In this document: in pieces, positions 24,295-37,471 of the stretch
Layout of the letters: each line of letters begins with the position of its first letter
How positions within the stretch are numbered: the stretch's first letter is position 1
Source: Neoconidiobolus thromboides FSU 785
Lineage: Eukaryota; Fungi; Entomophthoromycota
Length of the DNA stretch: 64,000 nucleotides
Reading direction: 5' to 3'
Assembly: GCA_025603075.1 (NCBI GenBank)
Contig: MU626322.1
Coordinates: 1-64,000 of the forward strand
Position numbers and translations under genes: made by a program
The notes under the pieces: generated by a model
Database searches by the model: none
Seen by the model: only the letters and a program-made list of their open reading frames with translations
What the model was told of the DNA's origin: nothing

Positions 24295-27239
24295 ATTGAA
24301 GTAAATTAAAAAGATTGTAGAATTTATCGATAATTAATAAAATTTGTGTTTCTTTTATACCAATTTTTGGAAACTTTATTCAATCTCCATTTGTGTTCGC
24401 TTTTTTAAATTGCTTAATAATTTGAGAACAAATCTTGTTTATAACCTTATTTTGTGAAGTTTACTCAAATTATGAAATAATCAAGAAAAAGCTATTATAA
24501 TTATAAAAGGTTGCTTTACATATTTAATTTATACGATTTATTTCTAAAAAACTTACTACACTAATTTTATTATCGGGTTCTACTTTTATACTTTGTTTTA
24601 AGTATTATTTTGAGTATTATCTTTTAGTTTAAACACAAGGTATATTGCTCAATTTCGATTACTGCCATTTCTCAAAGCAATAACAGTCAAATAGTTATGT
24701 ATATAAATAATATAGTATTATAATTGATAATATTCTTACTATTAAAAATATTACCATTTATAACTTAAAAATTTAAATTCATTTAAAATTAATATATTTT
24801 AAATAAAATATAGTCAATATATAAAAATTATTAATAAAAGCGAAAATAAGTATAAGAAAATTGATTAATTCAACCGACTCATTTTTAAATGTTAAAAAGA
24901 TAACTTACATCTTAGTATTTTTCTTTATATACTTAAAATCTAATAATATGATAGCGTTAATGAAATAAAAAAGTAAACATGATTTTTGTTACATTGGATT
25001 GTAATAAATTTGCCTTTTTTGGACTTTGTATGTAACTAAATTTGTAAATTTACATATTATGTTTTTATCCATATTTGAATAATATGAATTATGTGTTAAT
25101 TAATTTTAGATTTTACAATGTTTTTTAATGAACTTTGTAATTTAACTACTAATTAGTAATATGTATATCTCTTATTTTTTGGAAAATCAATAGCATTTTG
25201 ATATTTACTTTTATCATTTAAAGATGTAACTAATGTATGTATTTTTATATTTAAAATTTATAATGTCAAAGTCTGCTACTATATGCAACTATAAATAGAA
25301 ATAGATCTTTAAGTAACCCTTATTTGAAAAAAGGATAAATATCTCCTTATAACTTATTGATACTATAGCTTAATATGAGTAGTAGCTTAAAACCTACTAT
25401 TGAATAGAATGGATCAATGAAATAATAAAATGAAATAGGATAAATTTTAATGAAATTGATGTACTACCGCTTCACTCGCTTTATTAATTAAATTTAATTT
25501 AAACCAAGTTTATGTTTATGTTTAAATTCTATTATATTAATAGCACAAGTAGAAGCTTATTCTTTTTATTTAACCTAAAAAACAACAGTATTTATCAAGC
25601 TGTTCGGGTAAAATTAAGTGTTAGTTACTTGCTAAATCTAAAGGTTCTCTTCGTATTGACCTTATTATTTTGAACAGGTTGGGTTGTTTGTTAAAATAGG
25701 ATAAAGCAATGTCTAAAGTTGAAAGTCGATTACGGCTAATTATACGAAAAAGCAATTTATTATCAATTCTATATTTTTTTAATTGTAAACTCTTTTCTTT
25801 AATTTATTAATAACGATGAATTTTATTGAATAGAATTGCTGTTGTGGTGCAGTCACAGGTTGCTTCAATAAAGTATAACTTTTTTTTACACTAATCAATA
25901 TCTCTATCATTTACAAAGCTAAGAAGCAATAGATATTAATGAACTCATTTACTTTGAAAGTCAGGTTTCTGTTTCAATCCCTTTTTACGCATTAGAGGAA
26001 CAATAGTTTAGAAAATAGAAAGTTTAATTTTATAACTATAATTAATTTGGTTTAAAGCTATGAGCTTAAAATAAAACTACCAACTTAAATATATATTCAA
26101 AATAAATAAGCTACATATTACATCAATCTAAGCCCTCTTTCAGTATACATTTTATTATATTAAGAAAGCTCTAACCAGTATTAAAAGGAAACATTATTAG
26201 TTGCTTAATAATAATATCTTGACTGTGTTTCTAAATTACCAAAAATGGTACAATTATCCAATTAGAAGAAATGATTAACGAAAAAAGAATGTTAAAGAAT
26301 ATTACAAAAAGCTGTTATATAATCTTTATATCACTATGTGATAACTATCACTAATAAAGATATTGAATAATACAAAATTAATGTAATTTTGTTTTGATTA
26401 ACATATATATTGCTTTTTTAACAAAATATGCAAGACAAACAATATGGAAATTGATTTTGCAATTCTTAAATCATTTGCCATGCTTATTTGACTAGTATAA
26501 TTTAACAGTTGTCTTTTTTAAAGACCGATTATGAAATAATAATGTTATTTATATTTAATAATCAGCAAAACATCACTTTTTAATCAAGTGTTTGTTATTT
26601 AAAATAGTACGATAGCTAAAAATTGTTATTTTCTAAATATTCTTTTTGTTAAAAACATTCAAGAGAACTTTAACTGGGTACTATAATTTTTACTAAGCTG
26701 ACAATTATTTAGTAAATTTAATTTTTATAGGCTCGGCCTTTAAACAAGTTAAAGTGTCTATATAACTTCTGTTATAATTTCAAGATTAAATAGCAATATG
26801 AAATTTTGTCTCTAATTATAGTTATGTTGCTGTCATCGCCATCAGATAAATTTATTGTTATATTTATTATTTTGATAAATATCTCTAATTTTTTTCAACT
26901 TTTAAATGTTAGTTTCTTTTAGATATAAACAAATCATGCTTAAAATTTTAAAAATTGAATTTAAGAATCATTTTAAAGCAAAAAAATTAATCGCCAATTT
27001 AAATAAAAAAACAATTAGATTAATATAATTTTAGTTTTAGTAATAATTCAAATTAAACATGATATCAATTATTTTTTTTGTTATAGTATTAATAATCCTT
27101 GATGATTTTATTATAACTATTATAGCATATATTTGTTTACTTTATTTATCTTTTGTATTTAACAATAGCAAACTAGTAAAAATAAGCTTTTAAAAAAAAT
27201 AATAGTTTTTTGATATTCTATTCATTAAAACTGTGATAG

Positions 27240-28450
27240 TTTTTGCGGAAGATTTTTAATACAATAAACGTTACTTATTTCAAAACCCTTTAAAAAGTTC
27301 AATTGGAAATAACATTTGAAACTATTAAAAGCATACTAAAATTCCCATTTATTGTAACCTTATCTAGATTAGGTTTGGAATCCCTTGGAGTATCATAGTG
27401 AGATGCTTTCATTTTGGGTAAAAAATGTGTAATATGTAATGATGAAGCAGAAAGGCTGTAGCTAACGTCTGTACCAATAGTCATTAAAGTAAAATCATTA
27501 ACTTTTAATAGTTCGAGATTTGGAAAAAGGCACAAGAAATGAAAAGAGCTTTAGGTTGAACAGGAAATTTATCCACTTCTATTTTTTTATAGATTCACAC
27601 TCAAGTGATATACTTCTTTTTATAGGCCCTTATCAGCTAAATTAGACTTAGCAAATATTTTGTTACAAGAGAAGCCTATATATTAAGGTAAACAATTTGA
27701 ATGTTTGGTAGTAAAGAGACTAAAATTAACAAATCTCTTATTAAATCTTTAACATAAATCTTCCTTAAAATTTATAGCTTATTTGAAGGATCAAAGCTAA
27801 TCTTAGTGGCTAGATTATAATAGCCTGACCTAAAAACATTAGGATCTCCCGTTAATTTTATCATATCATGAGTATTTATATTAAATCGCCTAAAAGGATT
27901 CACTAATTTAATGCTGGTTGTTTGCTTTAAATCTCCAAGACACTTAATAAATTTATTATCAAGCCCTCCTTTAGATACCAATCCTGAATTATTTGAAGTA
28001 AAATTGATTTCAGGACCAATTCTAGCACTTACAACTTCTTGAACAAATATTATACGTAGTTCGTTCAACTCATGAAAATTTGTTTAATTATATTGAGCCT
28101 GTTAAGGTCTAACTAAGATTTTGTTAAGATATAGGGCTATTTTTTTTGATTTCATTATTTTTCCGTTTTTTAAGCGCTATTTGAGTGGAAAGATTGTTAG
28201 TAAAATTCTTAAACAAAGAAACACATCTCCATATATTAGAAGCAAGTGCAATCTGTTTTGATTAAGATAGTCAGCAACATAAGCAATAGCCACATAAATC
28301 ACAACTATTTTAATTGTTTCAAGTTGCTCTAAAAAAATTTTAAATGTCTTTATAGATCAATACAATTACTATAGCCAATAATATCTTTTTTAATTTTGAT
28401 AATTCAGAATTAGTTTTGACATCCTTTTCTTGTTTAATCTTTAATGTCAT
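27240..28450 (-). pseudogene. F-box/LRR-family pseudogene interrupted by a MITE
   Basis: Fragments such as CLFPNLELLKV and LLPNIQIVYL are homologous to the 2620-4016 and 30660-32090 copies. It has stops, frameshifts and a MITE at 28133. Confidence 0.6.
28133..28230. mobile_element. MITE family A copy
   Basis: AGGGCTA...CATCTCC, TSD ATAT/ATAT. Confidence 0.88.
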
Positions 28451-28550
28451 TTATAAAAATAAATAAGAAGGAGAGGAAAAAAATTAACTTAGTTAATCAT
28501 TCGTAAATTTAAAGTGTTGACATGTATTGACAAAGATATCACAAAAATAT

Positions 28551-28575
28551 GGGGATGCCCAAATTAGCTTCAGAG
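28551..28575 (+). mobile_element. Orphan MITE-A-type terminus (GGGGATGCCCAAATTAGC)
   Basis: ATAT followed by GGGGATG, but the internal sequence is unrelated to MITE A. I found no matching right end. Confidence 0.35.
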
Positions 28576-28799
28576 GTTAGTCAAAAATTAATTTGAATTT
28601 TAAATTTTAAAATCTTTAATGTATGATTAGCTAAACTTAAAAAACTTAAATCTAAATAAAAATTTAATATGACAAGGAGAACCACACTATATAAACATTG
28701 TAATTTATTTATATTAGCTTTAATAACTATTTATAATAACTTAAAGTTTATAGAATTTTGTAACAAAAATGGTAAAAATAACGAATTAGGACAACCCTA

Positions 28800-29262
28800 T
28801 GTGAAATATCGCTTTGTCAGTCCCATGGTTAATTATAGCATAACAATCGCCTAAGCTGTTGTGTTCTCAAGTTCAGAGAAAATCAATCCCATGTTCTTAT
28901 TTTGGTTTGTTATGAGAATTTCTAGTTCCATCCAAAAGAATATTATCCTCTCATTTTGATATTTATACTTTTCAGAGTATAAAAGAGTTTACAGAGTATA
29001 GTAGTTCGAGGCTTTTTAAATGAATTATTCCCTGATATCTCGAACATTTAATAAAGCCACTAAGTTTTCTTAATAGTATTTTACGTAGGTTTTACATTAG
29101 TATTGTCTATTCTATTTGTCTTATATAGCTTGTAACCTATTACGTGCTATTCCTCATAATCCAAGTCTATCTTAGTCACATAAACTAAGACCTTTCGACT
29201 TATAGTGTAGTCAACCCAGCAATAGCTGTTCTTGACTCTAAACCCTGAGTACCGATTTCACA
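28800..29262 (+). mobile_element. Solo-LTR-like element B
   Basis: TGTGAAAT...ATTTCACA, 463 bp, with internal TATAAAA and AATAAA. Flanks CCTA/CCCA. Confidence 0.85.
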
Positions 29263-29269
29263 CCCATAT

Positions 29270-29367
29270 GGGGATGTATTTTTGTGTTTGAAAATTTTGC
29301 TAATAACTTTCCCACTCAAATAGCGCTTAAAAGATGGAAAAAGTAACGAAGCCAAAAAAACATCCCC
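29270..29367. mobile_element. MITE family A copy, 7 bp from element B
   Basis: GGGGATG...CATCCCC, TSD ATAT/ACAT. Confidence 0.92.
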
Positions 29368-30659
29368 ACATTAAGTAATGTTTGTGATTTAGATCCTACT
29401 TTTTGACTATATCCTGGAAGAAGTTTAGGTCCAACTGGGAAAACAGGCCTTGTTAATATACATGGCTTAATTTGATTTCTAGATGCTATTAATCTAAAAT
29501 TTTTATTTAAAAATTAAGACCTGTTGGGGTATTGACGTGAAATGTCTCTCACTTAAATTAAATAAGGTATTTAAATCAACTGTTAGATTAAATTCATCAG
29601 GGATGTTGTTAAATTCGTCAGAGATATTTTCATCAAATATGAAATTCGAATCCATTGACATATCAAAAGTTATAACTATACCGAATCCTATTGACTTTTC
29701 CGGATTATCATCCAAATTGGATTCCGCTTTGCATATTAAGATTATTTAACATCTCAAACTAAATGAATTAAGAATGATTATAAATTTATCTTCACTAATG
29801 AATTTATTTGTTTTAAGACAAAATCAAGACGAAACTTACAATATGTAATAAAAATTATTAACTAAGTGATTGTACCATTTGCAATCTAAAAATAAAAAAT
29901 TAATCATAAATGCTAGCAATAAATAAGGAATTTATTGCTGGTGTAGTTAAAAAAGACTGAACAAATAGTGTAAGCTTCCTCCTTTATTATCTTAGTCCTT
30001 TATCATTTAAATTTACTTAGTCAATTGAAAACTGAAAGTTTAAAATCCTAATATACATAAAGTAGAAATAATAGTATAGAATTATCTAGAAATTAAACTA
30101 TTACCTACTTTTAATCTCTATGTTTTAACTCAATTAAAATCTAAGAATTAAGATTGATAGTTTGCTATTGTTCTAATATCAATATTCAAATACTTTTTAT
30201 CCTGTCAATTATCATAGTATTCATAATTAGTGATTTCTATTATCCATAGATATTAAAGTGGGATTTTGGTATAAATATCTTTAGCCTTTTGCAATGTTTT
30301 GACTAATTAAAGCTGAATAGTTGTCTTTAGTTATATAGGAGTTACATGCTTGTTTTAGTTGTAAAAAGATTGCGCAAAGACTAAGGATATTCATAATAGA
30401 ATTTCGTGATAATTAACCTACAAAAAGCTTTAATGTATAGTATTGATATTGTTTTATAAAAAATAAATTTTAATAATTAAAACATTGAGACTTTTATCTT
30501 ATATGTTGAATGAATAACGATAACGTTTATTTATAAAAATAAATAAAGGAAAGGAAAAGGAATATTAAAACCATAATAAAGTATGACTTATTTTGACTTT
30601 ATCCAAGTTAAAAAGGAAATTTGTGGCTTATTACTAAAACTTATTTGTATTATTAATAC

Positions 30660-32090
30660 TTGGAGTAATAAATGATAAAAGAGTAGTAAAGATATAATTA
30701 ACAACGGTACCAACATTCATTAAGCAAAACTATCAACTTTCCATAATTGAGATTTGGAAAAAGAAATAAAAAACAAGGAAAATCTTTAAATGGAATTTCT
30801 AATACATTGATCTTAACTTTTAATAAACTACATCTAATTGAAGTGTATTTTGTTTTACAAAGATCTTCATCATTATAAATATATCCATCGAATATTGGTA
30901 TAGGAAGAAAAATAAAATTATAGAAACGAATTGTTTGAATATTTGATAATATAGAAACTGCTTCCAAAAGTTCTCTTGATAATTCTGCAACATGCAGCTC
31001 TTAAAGTTGATAGTTTCAAGTAATCATAGTCAATTGAATTATTTACTCCAAATTACCCAAACTTGTAATATCATCATCCTCAATTAACTTTATACTATTA
31101 TAACTATGGGCGGAATTGATATCATTAATGAAATAACTAAAATCAAAATAGCCTATTAATTTAATACTTTTTAACTGCTTTAAACCACCAAGGCACTTAA
31201 TAATATCAGCATCAAATTTCCTATGAACTTAAGTTCAAATTAGAAATAAAGCTCACATTTGAATTAATCTTACCACACTTATAGATGTGCTTGTTAGATT
31301 TAAATGTAACATTCTTAAATTGCTAAATTTCGTTTTAACTAAAATTAATCCATCAAAAAGTAACTCACTATCCGAATATATCTTAGATGAATTTAATATG
31401 TTTGTATTTAAATCTTCAATTACTTCTGAAATATACATATCTCCCTGTTCGATCCTGTTAACTTCAAATACTTCAAGCTGGCTTAAATGGGAACATAATA
31501 CCTTTGATAATTTCATAGTATTGGGACGGTTTATTGTTATTTTCTTTGACTTTGATAATTAAAGCTTTGCTTCTACTTTGACGTCTCATTCAGTACCATC
31601 ACTGCTATAGTTGTCATTAGTATCATAACCATCACTACTATCACTATTGTAATTATCTCTACCATCGTTGTTGTAGTTATTAATATTGTCACTATTGCCG
31701 CTACTTCCATTATCATCACTATAATTATTATCACTATCGCTATTGACATCACTAGTAGACACGTCATTATAATAAATAGATATTGCATTTGGATAACAAA
31801 TTAGCTAATCCAGATTATTGTCAAAGATATTTAAAAGTTTCATTAATAAACCATTTTACATAATAAATTTATTTTGAAATTCTAGATATTATTGATAGTT
31901 TAGATCATTTTTATACTGATGCCGATTATAAATCGAATGACTAGCATTAGTACAGACAACTCAAATTACTATCTTATATAAATATTTACTCAAAAAACAT
32001 AAATCAAATAGCTCAAATGGATCCAACTGTTCAAATATGGACTCTAGAGATAGATCAGAAAGTTTTAAAAACTATATTGTCATTTTTAAA
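30660..32090 (-). pseudogene. F-box/LRR pseudogene with an N/D/S-rich low-complexity insert
   Basis: F-box LSLESIFEQLDPFELFDLCFLSKYLYKIV at ~31970-32060. LRR-like fragments (LSQLEVFEV, FLFLFPNL) and multiple stops. Confidence 0.7.
31590..31770 (-). repeat. Degenerate triplet (RAT/AGT) repeat encoding NDVSTSDVNSDSDNNYSDDNGSS...
   Basis: A run of GAT/AAT/AGT codons in the F-box frame. Confidence 0.7.
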
Positions 32091-32786
32091 ATAAAAGCAT
32101 GATAAAAAGATTTCAGTTCGCCTTTTCTATACTTTATAGTTTGTGTTCTTTATAAATTTTGATTTAATATTGACTAAAAAGTATAGAATATTATTGGCTA
32201 GAAATATATAATTTTTGTGTCTCAAATATGTAAATCAAGTTGAAGAAGACTGAAATGTTTGTAAAATATTGATAGAAAGGCTAAACTATCATTAATAAGA
32301 AGGGTCGCAAATTTAATCTATTAAAAATAATATAAAACTACTAGTTATATTATGATAGCAATAAGATAAAAAAACCATTTATTGGATGAGTAGTTGGATT
32401 TTAATCATAACTTTTAAATATTAACATATAAAATAAATACTAATCTTAAAGTTATTGTGCAGTTAAAATTTCAGTCAATAATATAATTGCTATTGAACCA
32501 CCTTAATAAAGATCACTTAATCTTTTTACAAATAATTTTTACTATTAAATATTTGACTCTTACCTTCAATAAACATCTTCAAAAGGAAATGAAATTAAAA
32601 TACCAAAATCATTATCAATTCAAAGTCTACGAACCAGTCCTGCTAACTCATTTATCGCTATTGTTTCTTTATTTCTTACATCACTGTCTATTTAAACAAA
32701 TATAATCTCTTCAACAAAATCATAACTCTGACCAGTCAACATAAAATCTGAAAAGTTTGCCCTCATTACGTTAATCAAAGTACATT

Positions 32787-34802
32787 TTAAATCAATGAAT
32801 TCAAAAGTGAAAATAAATCATTTGAATATTGATGATTCTCGATAGCAAGTTGCATAATATCTTCTCGACACGAAGAGATAAGGCTATGTAATTCAGTTGT
32901 TGAAGCCAATCTTTTCAAGGTGCCTACCAATAACTGAGGTATAATTTGTTGAATACTAGCCTCATCATCAATCTCATGGTTATTTACAACTTTATTACCA
33001 AGGTCATTCTCTGTCTCCTGCTCTGGTTCAATATTTTTACTATTTAGCATTAAATAACTTGCCAAATATTCTTCTGGCAAATCATAGCTAGCTGTAAAAT
33101 CAATCAAATGAACTTTAAAATGTTCAATAAAATAAGTGCGGTTATCAATACCATTGGGATATTGTTGACAATTATCCCATTTACAATAATATCTTTTGAG
33201 TCCATGGGGTGCGTGTACTGCTCTAAAATGAGAAAGTTCATCTGCTTTGGTTAATACCATGCGTGTACAACCATCCCATTTACATATATAATGTCGAATA
33301 TTACTTCGATTAATTGTCGATTTTAATTCTTTAGTTGAGGTGGTACTAGCGAGAACATTGTGGTAAGAGCTAGTTGAAGTATTGATGGGATTTGAATGTG
33401 TTGTTGGTGGTGGCATCTTTTTTGGGCAAATGCCTTCATAATATAAATACCATTTATCATTCTTTTTCTTGTTAACTATTTTTGCTGTTGGAAAGGTGGA
33501 TAGTACTATTTTAGTTAATTTATTACTATGGTGTAACATAAAGGACATGACATTAATATTAATTAATTTACAAAATTCTCCATATACTTCGGAGATTGGA
33601 ATCATCATCTTTGAATTTGCTTGGTATTTCAAACTTAACCTAAACTCTTTATTAGTTATTAACTAAGTGACTATAGGTTTGCTTACCAATTTTGAAACTG
33701 TTTTGATTCTTTAAGTTTAGCACTTTCTGAAGAAGCATCAAAATATAAAGGGTCTTCTCTTTTATCTGATAAATAAGTCCTTAATAAATTTAGAAAGGTA
33801 CGGTATAAATTGCCTGGAAAACTTAAGATAAAAGCTGAAAAGTCTTCCAAGGCAAAATAAGCATACAATGAAAAAAATTCAGCGGTATGACAAACTAATT
33901 CCTCATCATAAGATAAAGTAATCAACTCAATAGCTCTTTGGACATAAACTTTAGATTGTAAAAAATCGGAAGCTTTTGAGCATTCTTTACCTAATAGTAT
34001 CCTCGACATGCATCTCAGTGAAAAAATTATTTTAGATCGATCATAACTATTTAAAAGCTGATATAGGCTTAAGAATACATCCTTATCCATTCTCATAAAA
34101 GAGCATATGTTTTCAAATAAATCAAAACAATGACTTGTAAGTTCTGGATACCCTTTAGTGTCCATAAAAGAGGTTAAAGGAACCTCGCAATTCATCAACT
34201 GTTTGATAGTCTTTAAAATTACCTTTGAGTTGCAAATCAACTTTGCGTTGGCTGGTATTAAGCTGAAGTTCCTTAAAATTAACATGATTACTAAAAAATG
34301 CTCTGAGACTAAATTTCCACGCTTTTGGCTAAGAGTATTGTTAAAATTCTGGAGTTGTTCTTGTACTACCTCTTCCAACTTTTCAAAAAGCAGAATGTTG
34401 TTACCTAATGTATAACTAGGCGGACAAAAATAAGACCACTCAATAAGCAGTTCAAAAGCCCACGAAATCTCATTAGGTAACCCACTTTCTAAAGCTAAAT
34501 AAAGTCGATCCGTATTTAGCATCCAATCAAAATCTAGATGGTAATATAATTATGTTCTAATTAAAAGTTTACTTTTTAAATATTTCTTTTAGTTACTTAC
34601 CTAGTGGCCCGTGATAAAACTCAGTCAATTCTCTTTTAAATAAATGCTCTGGTACATTATTGCTGGCCTCCGATACAAGTGGTTGAATTGGAACTGGAGT
34701 GCTAGAATTAAAAGAGTCTGGTCTTGGTAAAATACTGGCTCTTGTGGCTATCCTTGGTAATGTGTTTACAAATTGAAAGCTATTGGCACTTGATTGACTC
34801 AT
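32787..34802 (-). CDS. RSC9: Rsc9/ARID2-like RSC chromatin-remodelling subunit (ARM region, RFX-like domain, two C2H2 fingers), 3 exons
   Basis: LYLALESGLPNEISWA is the Rsc9 signature, followed by RFX-like IPISEVYGEF...YLYYEGI and C2H2 fingers YICKWDGC...HFRAVH and YYCKWDNC...HFKVH. First intron 34534-34600. Confidence 0.85.
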
Positions 34803-35637
34803 AATTTTTTAAATTTTTAAAAGCTAAAAAATTAATTTTTTGTTTTTAGAATTTAGTTTAAATTCAAAGTTTAATTTTTCAGTAATTTATTGCAAAAATT
34901 GTAATTAAGTGTAAATATTATAAAAATTATCCCTTTAATTAATACCTAACTTCTATAAATTCTCAAATTGAATTAATTATTAAATTTTATTTTATTATTA
35001 TTGTTAAGTTTTAAATAAGTTATTTTAGTTGAATTATAAAAAAATCAGCTGTTATTGCATTATAATACAAATACAAGAGGTATTGACTTAGCTGATAATA
35101 ATTTGCATTTTTATAAAAAAATTTAATTTTTTTTTTAGATATAATAACATATAGCTGATTTAATATGTATAACATTTAAAGGTAAAAAACAAAAGTTGGG
35201 CTTTATTATAGAATTTACCGAAAAAATGGTTAAAATTTATATTATGCTGATTAGTATTCCTAAAAGTAGATCACATATGTAAAGCTCTTCAGAATAATTA
35301 AGCGCCATTTTCCTGCTATAACACCATTAACTATTAAAGCTAAGCTTACTAGAAAATATGTAATTTGTAGATGTAAAGGGAAAAAAAGAAGAGAAAAGAA
35401 AAGAATTACTATTATCTGGACTGTAATATTGCATTATGTTTAGCACCTTGCTTTCAAATCTATTAAACAAATCAATAAATTATACTGTAATAATTTCAAA
35501 TTATTTTTTGGCTTTTTGATTCCTTAACAAATATTATATTGAATAATGATAGTTCATTACTATTTATATCTTTTGACTTAGTGTTTTTTTAAAAAATTCA
35601 TTATTATAGTAAATATAAAAAACATAATTTATAAGTT

Positions 35638-35733
35638 GGGGATGATTTTTTTGATTTTATTATTTTTTCCACCTTTTAAGCGCTATTTGAGCGGAAAAAT
35701 TGTTAGTAAAATTCTTAACAAAAATACATCTCT
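35638..35733. mobile_element. MITE family A copy
   Basis: GGGGATG...CATCTCT with a distinctive AGTT/AGTT TSD. Confidence 0.92.
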
Positions 35734-36018
35734 AGTTATTAGTTTGAACAGATTAAACTTTAGACTGACTTTTTTAGTGACAGTAAACTTGATATTTTTA
35801 AATTATAGCGTTGGTGCTTAAGGGGTTAAGTTCCGATTATAAAGATTGTAGTTTAACTTTGTAGCCATCTATAAAGCTACAGTCTCAAAGCACCCTTTCC
35901 ATTATGAAGATACTAGAGCCAGTAAAGCTAAGTGCTTTCTATTTTTATCCATATGGGGGTGTTTTTTTGGTTTCATTACTTTTTTCTTTTTTTAAGCACT
36001 ACTTGAGTGGATAAGCTA

Positions 36019-36581
36019 TGTGAAATATCGCTTTGTCAGTCCCATGGTTAATTATAGCATAATAATCACCTAAGCTGTTGTGTTCTCGAGTTCAGAGAAA
36101 ATCAATCCCATGCTCTTATCTTAATTTGCTACGAGAGTTTCTATCTTCGTCTCAAAAAATATCATCTTCTCATTTTGATGTTTGTACTTGTCGGACTATA
36201 AGAGAGATTTTAGAATATGGGGATATATTTTTGTATTTAAGAATTTTACTAACAAATTTTCCGCTTAAATAGCGCTTAAAAAATGGAAAAAATAATGAAG
36301 TTAAAAAAACACTCTCATATAGTAACTTGAGGCTTTTTAGATGAATTATTCCTTGATATCTCATACATTTAATAAAGCCACTAAGTTTCCTTAATAGTGT
36401 TTTATGTATATTTTACGGTGATATTGTCTATTCTATTTGTCTTACATAGTCCATAGCTTACTACGTGCTTTCTCATAATTCAAGTCTATCTTAGTCACAT
36501 AAATTAAAACCTTTCGACTTACAGTATAGTCAACCAAGTAGTAGCTGTTTTTGACTCCAATTACTAAGTATCTATTTCACA
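36019..36581 (+). mobile_element. Solo-LTR-like element B (contains a MITE)
   Basis: TGTGAAATA...TATTTCACA with GCTA/GCTA flanks. About 461 bp after removing the inner MITE. Confidence 0.9.
36219..36316. mobile_element. MITE family A copy inside element B
   Basis: GGGGATA...CACTCTC, TSD ATAT/ATAT. The empty site is visible in the other B copies. Confidence 0.92.
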
Positions 36582-36990
36582 GCTATCAGTAAAATTTCCA
36601 AACAAAAAAATACATCCCCATATTTTGATTCCTGCCATTGATATCAAATAAGCATAAATTTGCTAAAACTTGCTTTTTGACTTACCAATATTACTTCTGT
36701 ACTTTAGATCTTTATTGAAATACATATTATTAGTAGCTATATAATTATAAACGGGAATATATCATGTGTTGTAAGATGCTTTATAATATATTTCAAATCT
36801 AGTCCCATTATACCATTACGTTTTTTATTGAGCTCTACAGCTATAGAGGAAAAAGCGATAAAAAAGGGTTTGAATTTGATATTTAACTTTAAAAATATAA
36901 AGCTATTACAAATTCAGATTTATTTTCTGAATGTAAAGACAAACATCTAGGAACAAAGCTTTCGATTGTAAGCCCTAATGAGGTTCATAT

Positions 36991-37091
36991 ATCAAGTGCT
37001 ATAGTTTCTGATTTCATCAGTTTTTCCACTTTACAATCACTATTTAAGTGGAAGTTATCAGTAAAAATTTTATACACAAAAATATATCCTC
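36991..37091. mobile_element. Degenerate MITE A copy
   Basis: The right end tatacacaaaaatatatcctc-ATAT and the core cactatttaagtggaa are recognisable. The left end has decayed. Confidence 0.55.
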
Positions 37092-37371
37092 ATATAGTTG
37101 ATTTAAAATTCTTTACTTAAGTTTATTATAAAAAAAAATTATTTTTATATTTTAACATTAATATTTGATAATTATGATAATTATAAAATGTAATGTTGTG
37201 ATTTTAAACAAGGCTAATAAGCAATAAGTTTTAAATCATATAGTCAAAATAGAAGATAAATTATATGAATTATAAATATTTCATGTTTATTGCAAGCTAT
37301 ATAGAATAATAAAAGTAAATATAATAAATAAGCATAATATACATATAAGTTTAAATATAAAAATAAAATAT

Positions 37372-37471
37372 GGGGATGTCTTTTCTGGCTTCATCACTTT
37401 TTCTATCTTTTAAGTACTATTTGAATAAAAAAAATTATTAGTAGAATTCTTAAACACAAAAATACATCCCC
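37372..37471. mobile_element. MITE family A copy
   Basis: GGGGATG...CATCCCC, TSD ATAT/ATAT. Confidence 0.92.

Larger units (their letters stand above)
35955..36619. mobile_element. MITE family A copy split by element B
   Basis: Left half 35955-36018 and right half 36582-36619. TSD ATAT/ATAT. Confidence 0.88.

Noticed and set aside
26731-26790. CTCGGCCTTT...AAGTGT resembling the 5' end of U2 snRNA
   Set aside because: The similarity is short and gapped, with no intact branch-pairing GTAGTA or Sm site. At best it is a decayed fragment.
29380-29900. Plus-strand frame readable with TGA=Trp and an IHxH (HUH-like) motif, suggesting a NUMT or Rep relic
   Set aside because: It also has many TAA/TAG stops, about as many as expected by chance. 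The longer open frame is on the minus strand and is unidentifiable.
31573-31788. Very hydrophobic 71-aa ORF
   Set aside because: It is an off-frame reading of the N/D/S triplet repeat in the F-box pseudogene.
35636-36364. Short ORFs with FFKRYLSGK or VKYRFVSPMV (also at 2784, 10547, 28669 and 51231)
   Set aside because: These are chance frames through MITE or LTR sequence, not proteins.
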